A stretch of DNA of 64,000 nt from Octopus bimaculoides (lineage: Eukaryota): the NCBI RefSeq assembly GCF_001194135.2, contig NC_069005.1, positions 34,717,570 to 34,781,569 on the forward strand, read 5' to 3'. Below are positions 24,856-37,580 of the stretch, piece after piece; the first letter of the stretch is position 1; each line of letters starts with the position of its first letter. The notes beneath the pieces were generated by a model, which did no database searches, was not told the DNA's origin, and worked only from the letters and a program-made list of their open reading frames with translations. The translations under genes and the position numbers were made by a program.

Positions 24856-26473
24856 GGTCATCATCATATAGACTCAGAAGTTGCTACTATATCGGGTTAT
24901 TTATTTATTTATTACACATAACATACACAAGCACACATACACATAATACACACATGCATATATGTACATACACACACATCTGTATATACACATAAAACAT
25001 ACACATATATAAACACATTACACACACATACATATGCATATACACACACACAAAACTTTCATCATTTTTCAGTCTTCTATGTTTTTTTTTATTTATATAT
25101 CAGTTGACACTGATAGTGATGGAGACAGTGACAGTGGTGGTGGTGGACATTGAGCCCCTTTTTCCATTACTGACCCCACCCCACCCCCCTCACTGAACCC
25201 ATTGCTAACCTTCCCCTGTCACTCCCCACAGTTCAGCAGCAAAAACTACTTACAATTTCATAGAAGACACATTCTATAGAATCCGAATTGTCACGGAGTA
25301 AGAACTGTCTGCCAGAGAGGTTACGATCAGGAAGAACGGCAGAATCCAGCACACCTACAATAAAGAAAGGAGTATGTAGACCTTAACAGCAGGAAAGAGT
25401 ATTCAAGTATAAGCAGTAGCAAGGAGTATTTAAGAGATTAGCAGGAGAGAAGGGTATTTTGATATTAGCAGTAGAGGGAGTATCTAAGAGATAAGCAGGA
25501 GACTGAATATAGTGACATACACAAATGCAAAAGTACTCTTGTCTCCTGCTAATCTCTTGATCCAGATCAATTCCAACTGTTTAGTCCTACAAGAAAGCTG
25601 AACCGTTTAGCTTTCAGATCGCTCTGTCAAATGTAAGGCATAATTATTCATATTGTTTGGAAATTAATCATACATTATATTACAGCTTTGAAATTTCGAT
25701 GATATGGGTGTATACTTTAAAAATGGCATTGTAGAGTAGGTGTGAGAGGCTAGATCTGGCTGGTTTGAAACAGGTAGGATATTTGGGTCAGATGTGGCCT
25801 GTTTAAATGCTAAAGGGTTAAAGAACATATGTAGCAATAGATGTGTCACGTTTAATTGTGGCAGTGTTGAGAGATGTCAAATGAATTTCATAATACCATA
25901 ACCAGGATTTGAACACAAAACTTTATTGTCAATCACTTCAATCAGCCTTCATCTCTCTAAACTATTTGGTTGTTTTCCTTTATTGTTTTTGATTTCCATG
26001 TTTGTAGCGGTTATTGTAGTCATCGTTGTGTTTAGCCTAGATTAGGCCCGGTTGAGTATACCTAGTCTCCTTTTGTAACATGATTTGAAGGAGAGTTGAC
26101 TAACTTGATAAAACCTGAGACACTGTGCTATATCCATGTCAATCATCGAACCCGACTCTTTACCAGTTGTGCCATTACCACCACCACCACCACTATCACC
26201 ATCACCATCACCATCATCTATGTAAAACTTAATGAATTGACATCTTCATCATAATTTGTTGGCAATGCGAAGGAGGAGGTAGCAGATCGTTTCAACAACA
26301 CTTACAGAACAAACCTCAAAAATTGATTAACCTCAATAGAAGAGATTAGAAAGTCAATTACCATTGATGGACTGGCCATACAACCGATCATACGTTTCAG
26401 ATTTCATTTCCTTTGTGTATCAATCGTGAAGAAATGGAGCCAACAGATGCACACACACAGACATTTGTATGTC

Positions 26474-26519
<46 letters not shown>

Positions 26520-29500
26520 CATATAAGACAGATACATTGTAAATAGCAAAATGTTGAGTGCTTCAAGACAGGGAGTTGGTGTCCCGCTGTTGCTTCAAAT
26601 TACAGCACTGCCAAGGCTACTGAATGTCACTAATTGCAGCACTGACGAAGATACCAAACGACATAAAAGCAGCAGCCATGACAGATGCTCCAGTGCTACA
26701 GAAAAAGATTTGAAATGCATTAACATATAATATAATATTGCTGCTGGATATTCTTCATGTGTGGAAGTGGTTTCAGGTAGGCTTAGTGCTGAAGTCAAAG
26801 AAAAATCTTCCACTCAGTGATAATCCCTAGTAATAAAGGCAGCTCATGTCAAGTTCATTAGTGTAAGTGTTCAGTAATTCGGATTAATTAGCACTTAGGT
26901 ATCAGTTTAGCTAGAAATGATTCAGCTTTAAGAATTAGAAACTGGAAAGTTTGCCAATGCAGCATAAAGGCAAAGGTCCTGCTATAAACTAAAACAGTTG
27001 GATCATATTTATTTCTTTATTGCCCACAGGGGGCTAAACAAGGGCAAAGGGATTAAGTTGATTACATTGACCCCAGTGCGTAACTGGTACTTATTTAATC
27101 GACTCCCCCAAAAGGATGAAAGGCAAAGTCGACCTCAGAGGAATTTGAACTCAGAACATAACGGCAGACAAAATACTGCTAAGCATTTCGCCCGGCATGC
27201 TAATGATTCTGCCAGCTCACCACCCTAAAGTTGTGTATATTAATTAGAGAAGACTGAAATAAAATTAAGACAGAGATAATTTGAAGGCAAAGTTCAAAGT
27301 GGAACATGGCAAGTAAGAGCAGTAGAGTACTTAATGAGATGCCTTCGTTAATTCAGCCTCACTACAGCACTGCCTTACATAATTAAAACCCTTCAGTTGC
27401 TGGGAGAAACACAAGACATTAGATATGGTTGTTTGAAGAAAGTCTGTGCTAAAGCACTTTGATAAATTAATGAGTCTCTCCAAGGATTGAAAGAGAAAAT
27501 AAGATGAGTTGAGGAAAGGAATCTTATTAAATTGGACAAAATAGGCAAATCAGTAGATGAAGGAATGGCATATAGGGTTAGGAATAACTAAAACAAACTA
27601 TTATAAAATGGGGGGGGGAGAAGGTCAGCAGCTGAAATGATGAATCATTAATTGAAATAGAATTCAGTTTATCTAACGGGGGGGGGGGATATATTTCAGT
27701 TAAACATTAAAGACATTGCTTGGTTAAAACTGTAGAGGGACAAAGTAAATTTTAAAAGCATTTCAATATAAACTGGATTGTCTGAATGACATGGGTGGGG
27801 GGCAAGAATAAGGAACAGATGCAGGTGAAAAATGGGGAACAAAGAGCACATTTGATAGACTAAGTGAGACAGCAATAACATCATGGTGCATTATGCTGTA
27901 GTAGGGGGTGGAGGTGTTAGGTAGTGTATTAATTTACCATAGAAAACAGGGATAATTACAAAGAACTTGAGATAATTTAGCAGTGAATTGTTAGGCAAAG
28001 AGAACTGAAATAACTACACTGTTAGTCATTAATATTACAACTTTAATCAATCTTACACCAGATGACCACCACTACTGACTAGGTTTGTTTCTACTGATTG
28101 AGAGAAATTGAAACATTTTCCTTGTAACAGTGTTACATAATGTAGTGTAATGGTAAACACGTTAATGTGGTAGTATAAGTGGTGGAGATACGAAGGTAGT
28201 AGTATAAGTGAGAATGACCAGTTTCCATGGTTACAACAAAAAGTGTAACATAAAATAGGTGTTGTTGTTTAGCTATAGGTCAGCACTGAACCAACAGACC
28301 AATGACTAAGGGCATTCCAGCCATGACCATCCTCTCTATTTACACCCCCACCCCCCGCCCTACTAAGGGCCAAATGGACCCCTGTTGAGAGCCACTGCTT
28401 TACATTGTAATAAAAGCATCTTTTCACTAATTCCACTAAATATTCAAATGAACCAACAACAACAGAGTTCACCTCTCTCCTTCTTCCCTACAAAACCAAT
28501 TCTATTTGATGTTTGTCCTGTGGCCCCCAACAGAAGTGAATCGCTACAAAGTCACTCAATCCTGCTAGAAATAGCAGTTAAACCACACTCTACTATTTGG
28601 ATCTGTCATCTACGTAGATTATGTTTGGAAAATAAAATGGCAGGAGTGTCACAGCTGGACTGTCTTTGATCATAGATCTCCTGGATCAGGGATGAACCAG
28701 GGGCGGGGGAATGGGGAATGGGGTCAGACGACAACAAGTAGTTGTTATTTCAATGGTTAAGGTGTAAATGTCTGGGTGGGGATCTATCTTCTTTTCTACT
28801 TCACCCTGCAACACTGAAACCCCTGCCACCCACTCAATTGCATTGGTGATTAGAAGGTGTTCATTCCTTATAGAACTCTCTTTCACACAAGTGTAAGGGT
28901 AGGGAGATATATATTTCGAATCAAACCGACTCCAAACAAAAGCCGAGATAACAAACAGGATTTTCCTTCAAATAAAAGCTAAGTCAATATTTACTTACCA
29001 TAAACTTCACAGATGATATGAAATTTCTCTTTGTACTTCAAGTAGTTATTTTTCAGTTCTTTGATAAAAGTTGTAAAGATGGGATTGATGGGACTGAGTG
29101 CTTTCTCTGTAGGCCTTGGCTTCTTATTGGCTGTGGTGGCCACGCCACTCACATTAACCTGAAGAACAAACAAAACAAGAACCAACTGCAAACAGGGCTC
29201 AAAGAGATCACAAAAATGAGTTTTAAGAAAGAAAGTGTGACAGAGTCAACATTAGTCAACAGTTCAATTATTTGGAAAAATCTAGTCTTTTTTTAATTTT
29301 TTTTTATATATATTTTAGGTGGGATGTATTCAGAGAGGGGGTCAAATAGAAATTTTTCTTAAAATAGTTTTTAGAAAGAAATTAAAAACCAGAAATGAAT
29401 AAAAAAAAAAAGTGGTTGAAATTAATTATTCCAGTTGTTGTTGCTATGTTGAGGGAAATAAGTTAAAGGATGTCCGTATGAGTAATGTTTGTTTTGGGAT

Positions 29501-31044
29501 GTTAAGGGAATCTAATAACCAACAGGTAAACGGTTCTGATTAGAGAAGATAGTTCAATAGATTCAATGAGGGAAATAGCATAGTCTTGGGATTGGCTGAA
29601 ACAGGGAATGAAATAAAAGAACCAATTATTCTATGGCATGGTTGCGAGGTGATTTATAGAAGCAGACATGGCTGTGTTGTAAGACGTTTGCTTCCCAACC
29701 ACATGGCTTTGGGTTCAGTCCCATTGCATGGCACCTTGGGTAGGTGTCGTCTACTATAACACCCCTCCTCCAACACTCTTGTGAGTGGATTCCACAGAGA
29801 TCGACTTTGCCTTTCATCCTTTCAGGATCGATAAATTAAGTACCAGTTGCATACTGGGGATCGATCCAAAAATTTCGGCCTTGTGCCTTAAATAGAAAAT
29901 AATATTGTTTTAGCAATCTATAATCAAAGTAAATAGAAAGAATAAAACTCAGACCTTTGACAATGTGTTGGTCTGAGAATAGCCTGGACTATGTTTAGAT
30001 TCATTACTTGGTCGGTTGTTAAAGGTAGGTGCTACTTCAGCAACATTAGCTTCCTGAATAAATGATTCACCACCAAACATTTGAGGAGATGAGACAGATT
30101 TACAGGACTGAGCAGAAAATGACCAATTATAGCTTGACCTACAAAGAGAAAACATTCAAACTGAAATCTTGGCCTTTCACAGAGACAAAGAACTTGGAGA
30201 GTCTTTACAGATTGTTATAGGAAGACATCATGTGACTAGTGACAATCAACAGCTTACTAATAATAGGAATATTTTTATACTATTTTCATGTCATAAAAGA
30301 GTGGATTAGCTAGGTGTACAAATTCAAATGTTAAAAACAAGTTGCTGTTTGAGAAATTGTTCTAGGATCACATGATCCAGATAACTGCAACATGAGTTGT
30401 GAGAAATGAATTTACATGTAGGACATGAAGAGTTGACACAAAGATTCCACACATGAAAGGCATTGATTGGTTTATGGCACAGAGACAGACTGTGTGTGAT
30501 TGATGGAAATGTGATGCAGGCTGCTTGTATTGTGCATCAAGGGCAGAACTGAATGAATAAAGAAACACTTGCATTTGGGTTCACAGTCATAACCTAAAAG
30601 AGAATTAGTTGAGATCAATGAAATGACACTGCTGTTAGAATCAACATGGAGGACAAAGAGACAGATGACCAACAACTGGGAATCCTTTATATCATCAACA
30701 TTATCATTGTCAATGCTTTAATGTCTGTGTTGTAGTATAGACAGGATGGGTGGGCAATATTGGTAAACAGCTAGTTGTTTCTATCTCCTGCTCTACACTT
30801 CAGCCCTTCCATCCATGACTTTCTCTGTCAACTTCCATCATCAGCACACAATACATTTAATGTGTTCACATCACTTGTCCACACCACTTCAAACTATACA
30901 CTCAATTTGCTAAAAATAGCAGCCAGGTTGCCTTCAAATCATATAGCAACATCTATAAAATGGAAAAGCATGTTAGGTAATGTGGTCCCGGAGAAAGATG
31001 GGATGGTCACAGCTAAATCAATAACAACAGTTAATTCATCCATC

Positions 31045-31116
<72 letters not shown>

Positions 31117-33118
31117 CCAACAAGAAATGAAGAAAACCAAATGACTCAAGAAGGAAACCAATATTCTTCACACAATCTAACTTGATGTTCCCCAGTTTAG
31201 GATTATTAAATAAAAAAGATGAAGTACAATACCTGGTAGAAGAACAATCTGTAGTTTGTTGTCTCGGAGAGTATCTAATGTTAGAGGTTGTAGGAGGTGC
31301 AACTGGTGGTTGTGGTGGTGGTGGTGCTGCACGCTCCATTGGTTTCCTGCTTATCATACCAACATTATTATTATTGTTATTGTTGTTTTGTTGAATGTGG
31401 TACTGTCCCCTTTTTACAGGGCCAGATATTTTACTACCTGGGATATTTCTTTCAATACCTGCAATATGAATACCAAAGTACTTTTGTTTTTATTGTAGGT
31501 AGTAGTAGTAGTAATGTTTAGGTAGAGTAAAATGAGAAGTTGTGACATTTATGCACCTCTGGAGTGTAGTGTCGTCTCTGTAACTGAATCAGTTTCAACC
31601 GGGAATCAAAGATGGATCGGTGACATTTCTAGAGACACAATACTCATCCACTGTTGCTCTGGAAGTGTTATCATGTACATGTTTTGTTTTTAGTATAAAA
31701 GATGGGCTACACCAAATATTCTGCTCAATACCACAGATTCGCTTGTCTGTTGTTTGACCTTAACCAGTTGAGCATGTCCCTTGGTGGCTGACGATATGTG
31801 CACCTCTGATCATGAGCAGAAGTAGTGGGGGAGCATCATAGCCATGTGTTGAGAGGAATTCTTTGGGGTTTGAATAATTCACCTCTGGAAACATGGGTGT
31901 TTCGTTCAACATCCTCAAACAACCCTTATTCAGGGACCTTTTCAGTAGGATGGGCTACTCGACCTGAGGAAAATTCTAACTGGGCCCCACCTGCGACATC
32001 ATGCGCTGTTTATCTTGATATGAGATCACCATGTCGTGCACACATGGTTGTGATGCATGTGCCTGGTGTACCCTTATCAGACGGGTAGTCATGATGGGTA
32101 TATTGGGCTTCGTATATTTTACCCCAGTGTCACGTTGATGGCAGGCACTGCTCTCTCACTCACTCAATAATAATAATAACAATAACAACCCTTTCTAATA
32201 TAGGCACAAGGCCTAAAATTTTGGTGGGGGGGGGCAGTCAATTAGATCAACCCCAGTACACAACTGGTACTTAATTTATCGACTCCAAAAGGATGAAAAG
32301 CAAAGTCAACCTCAGCAGAATCTGAACTTAGAATGTAGCGATGAGCAACATACCACTAAGTATTTTGTCCAGCATGCTAATGATTCTGCCAGTTCGCTGC
32401 CTTAATAATAATAATAATAATAATAAAAATAATAATGGTTGTGGTTTCTGCTTTAAGCGCAAAGCTAACAGCTCTGAGGGAAAGGGGTTAGTCAATACCT
32501 TCAACCCCAAAAGGACAAACTGACTGTTAAAACATTTTACTGAAAAAATAGAATGCATTTTATAGCAGGATATAACAAGACATTACATGTCTCAGCTGTT
32601 AGCATGTAAGGCATGAGACCTTAAATCATTAACGAGGTAATGAGATTTGATGACATTCTGCCCATGAGAAGTATTGAAAGGAAATCAAACTGGGATAAAG
32701 AGTGAGAAGTTTTCTAGCAAGTTGGTGGGTCCTGTTTTTCAGTTATAAGCATATTCATAGCAACAACATGAATAGCGTTTAGTCTTACAACAGCAGTCCT
32801 GCAAATACAGCAACAAGTGGCAGTGTTGTGTATATATGCTACAACAACAGTCTTACAAAACTGGTCTTGTATGTAGTACAATAACAGTTTTACATAGTAG
32901 CAGTGGTCGTACATGTTGTATAACAGTTGCTGAAATAAGAAATTGATTGTTATACCAAAACACTGTGTAGTGTATGTGTGTGCACGTGTGAATGTGTGTA
33001 TGTATGTGTACGTGTTGTGTGTTTATGGTGTGTCATTACAAATGTGATAAAACTCAACTGAAATGGAAACAGCAAAAGTGGAACAATTAATTAAAGATAG
33101 AGAGATGGAGAGAGAGAT

Positions 33119-33153
<35 letters not shown>

Positions 33154-35883
33154 AAATGAGTGCGTGCGTGTGTGTGTGTGTGTGTGTGTGTTAAAGAGAC
33201 AGAAAGTAATTTGTTACAAAAAAGAAGAAATGCTAGTTGAGATAACTAAAGAATAAACTGTCAGCTGAAGCCATTCTTGAGTGATGAAGAAGAGATCAAT
33301 GGATGTAGGAGAGATTGAGGGGTGGGGCAGGAGTTAGATGATGAACAAAGGAGATTATGAAGCAGGATTGAGGTAGGGATTAAAGGGATTATATCAGGAT
33401 GGTTTAGAAAGGGTGACATGCCAGCCAGTAATCATATTCAGCTAATCTCATACTCTAGAAAAGAAAACCCTTAGAAAATGTTACAATTATTTTTCACAGA
33501 TTTATAAAGAAGAACAACTGAGAGAATTAGGTTGCCATTAAGTTTCTGTCTTCAGTGTACTGTAATGTCACCTGGAACTACCAGCCAAACAATGAAACTG
33601 GACACGGAAGGTTTAGAGTGAAATGAAGAAGAAACTATGATGCCCAAGAACACAAGAAACATGAATGAAACAACTTCAGATTGCACCCTGGGTTTACTGA
33701 GCAGTTAACCATTATACCATGGTGTAAGACATATTACCTTTGAAAATCTTAAGACTTATGTTAATTATAAAGAAACAGCAAGGCTGAGTAGAGAGGGCTG
33801 CTTGGTCCTGTTGTAGACAACTGCAGTCCCAGTTGTATGATAAAATGACCTCAATTCATATTATAAAGTGGTTGTTGTTAGGAGGCACAAACAACCAGAA
33901 ATACCATCGTAACATGTACAGCAGAACTGGCCAGTTTTTTTCTCTGCTGTTGTATGTGTGACAGACAATGAGGTAGAGGGATGCAACAGCAGAGACACGC
34001 ATCTAGCCCAGGCCGACAGATGTAAAAATAATAATGATGAATTATAGAAAAGTATGCTATTAAATAAAAGCAGCAAGATAAAACCGTCTCGGTTTATCAT
34101 TGAATATTGATAAAAAGTAGAATCTCTTTGAAGGCAGCCTATTCATATATGTATTTGTTATGTGAAATATTGAAAAAATAAATAAAGCCATCGAAAACCA
34201 AAGTGTTTGTCTGGAAAGAAGGAAAATGCAAATGAGGCATGTTTAACAAAATACTTGGCTTTGAGTAGGACGTTGCTGTTTTATCGATGGACTGAAAACT
34301 AGAGGGTTGATGGCCTGTTTGGTAGAGATTTCTGTTGCCATTGTAAGATGTGCTCTGAGGGAATGTGTTGCATTGGTCAGAAAATCTGTCTCTTTCATTA
34401 TTATTCATCAAATCACTCCTGCCACCAGCAAATGTCTCCAGCCAGCTGTCATCTACAACAAAAGAGACAGAAAGAAATGGAGAGGATTAAGAAATGTTAG
34501 TTCAAATATATTTCTTCTTGGATGCTGTTAGCAAAGTAGGAAATGTGTTTGAAATTAATAAATTGATTAACTTGCATTGAAAATAGTTTTACTATCATAG
34601 TATGATATGTGTGGATTCTAAGCGATGGAGCTGTTTATCTCTTTAATAACACTATCACGCACATACACACACACACAATACGTCTGTTAGATTATTAACT
34701 GTAATGTGATCAATAAAAGCCAGTAACACCATCCATATAAAGGCATGAATGTCACAGATTCTACTTCAAACCAAGTCACAGAGTCAGTCTGCTGGATCCT
34801 GTCAAACCATCCAGTCCATACCAGCACGGTAGATGAAGGTGAAAAGACAATGAAGATGAGGCACACTGTCACCTGTTACTCTCTCTCTCTCTCTCTCACA
34901 ACACCACACCTAAACTCATCTCTCTCTTTCTCTCTCTCTCACTTCTGAAGTTCTTTAATTGAATGACTTACAAGGCAATCTCTAAAGACCCAGTGCCAGA
35001 AATCTATACATTCAGAACACTTTGTAAAATGGACAGCGTTAGGAAGGGTATCCAACCATAGAACCCACAATGGGAATAGAGATATTTCAGAATGACATGG
35101 TCTTCTCTCCCAACCCATGCCAGCTGGGAAAACATGCATAAAACACTGATATCTCTCAGGGTCTTTTTTTTTTTTTACTGACCCGTTAATTTCCACAACA
35201 TCTCACTTGCTCCCGTTGAGACATCAGAGAGGTTGGCTGCATCTGGCGTCAGTCTTCTTCCACTGATGTCACAACAGAGCACATCTTGACTGGATGCATT
35301 GATAAATATTAAACCCCAGCAACAGGAATAAATAACTGCAGTTATGAATAAAAAAACAACACCAACCTTCCCAAGTTCCAATTATGACATTTAAACACCA
35401 ACAGATGGATACGCGGTTCAAAACCAGGTGGAGAACCAGCGGGAGCGGGGGGCGGGGGCACATGCTAATTTTTATTTACAAATTGGTATTTACAAGTGGA
35501 GAATGTAAATATGCACACACACATATGCATACATGTAACACTTTACAAACACATACATATAAATCACACATATAGAAATATATAATGTATGCATACTGGC
35601 ACTTACACACACACACACACACATCCTATTAGTATGCAGAGTGAATGAGAATTATCTACTTTAGCGAACTATTATTATAAATGTAGACTAAAACAGTGAT
35701 TATTATAAGCTGATGTTTATCATAAATAAATCAGAGGTGGAACAAACAGAGAGGCAGGCTGAGGCAGACATGCATACACACACATTACCCCTCTCTCTTT
35801 CTCATATACGTATGTGTATAAAATGCACAAACACACATTATCTCTCACATCTATGTATATATATATATATATATATACCATCG

Positions 35884-35919
<36 letters not shown>

Positions 35920-36387
35920 TATATAAAATAGAGAGAGATAGACAAGCTCATAAATGTATCAATAGCTTGTCTTTATATATCTTATCAAAGAAACATAAAA
36001 TCTCAGATGTAATTTTATTGTTCATATTGTGTGAAGCCCCATTAAGAGATTTTAAGCAATGCTTTTGAAGAATTCCTTATAGTAAATTAAGAACATCATG
36101 GCACTTTTAATGCAACTCTTCTCTACAACTGCCACATATTGAACAGTTCTAATGATCTATTTAGTAATGGTGACACTCGTTTACAACTACTGTGCAATGT
36201 CAAGACAAGGACACACACACACAATGGGCTTCTTTCAGTGTCCATCCACCAAATTCACTCATAAGGCTTTGGTTAGGTCTGGGTCTATAATTACAAGATA
36301 TGTGCCCAAGGTGCAATACAGCAGGGCTGAACACCAAACCATGGGGTTGGGTAGCAAACTTCTTAACCACACAGCTATGCTTCCACC

Positions 36388-36423
<36 letters not shown>

Positions 36424-37536
36424 CTGAACACTTACAGCAGGTATCACTTGTGTATTTATGATATTTTAATCCAGTTTTATTTCTCAGTGTGGGGATGCAG
36501 CAAGCCAACGGATGTTCTGTGTGTTCACCATCTGTTCGTATTGAAGCTTCCAGCATGAATGCCAAGTAGTACAGCATGTGATTTCCAAATTTCTGGCAGA
36601 GTGAAATATGTCATTTTTGCTATTTTTCTCACAGACGGTGTCCAACTGACCCTACAATACTATGTAGGCGCCAAAATCAACAACAAACAATGCAGATGAG
36701 CAAAATTAAAAACATAAAATGGTGACAATTTACCCATCACACCGTGTATGCATATATATNNNNNNNNNNNNNNNNNNNNNNNNNNNNNNNATATATATAT
36801 ATATATATATACATACATACATATACATACACCCACATATATGCCACACACATACATATATACACCACACTCATACATGCATATACAAACACATGTACCT
36901 TCATCTTGAAAATTTTCATTGGGATCAGCTACTACTGCTTGCCGAAGCCTTTTGCGGGAGTTGAAAAATGGTGCAGGGGGTACTTTAGCACTCTGAGAAA
37001 TAACAGAACATAAAAGTTTCAATTACTGAAAGAGAGGTTTTTTTTTTTTCAATATCCTTCAAACAATCAAACATAAAAGAAATAAAATTATAAAAAGAGA
37101 AAAACAACTAATAAGGAGCCTCTATATGGTTACTTGACCTGTTAGAAATAGCAAACAAATTTCCCTCAAATCACACCTCACTGTTTTTTATAAAAAAGGA
37201 AGGATACATAGACTAATGTCGTCTGTGTAACTATTTATAATCTTGTCAGAAACAATATGATGATGATGATGATGATGCCACAATTTCTGTTTTGTCAAAG
37301 TTGTATGATCGACTTAAACTTCTTTTTGCTATTATTATGGAATTGAAGTAGCATTGCAGTGCACTTCCTTCCAAACGACACTGGTCTGTTGAGATTTCAC
37401 AGCACGGTTTTCTGCAAAGTGCTGCCATGATTATATCATAGGGAATTTTACTACAAAATACAAACTCCTGAACAAATATCACAGTGCAGAAATGAGATTG
37501 GTGCAGTTATTAATTGAATAGCTGGAGAGTTAATGA

Positions 37537-37580
<44 letters not shown>

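Noticed and set aside
26595-26813. ORF MEDFSLTSALSLPE... on the SPATA22 strand
   Set aside because: The exons at 28999 and 25354 join in frame through the conserved EVYG-VLDSAV motif, leaving no room for it.
35207-35289. 83-nt minus-strand exon-like segment (QDVLCCDISGRRLTPD...) with cag/gtgaga boundaries
   Set aside because: Its open frame is phase 2-1, while the flanking SPATA22 exons join directly in phase 1. Inclusion would give an immediate stop, so at most it is a cryptic exon.
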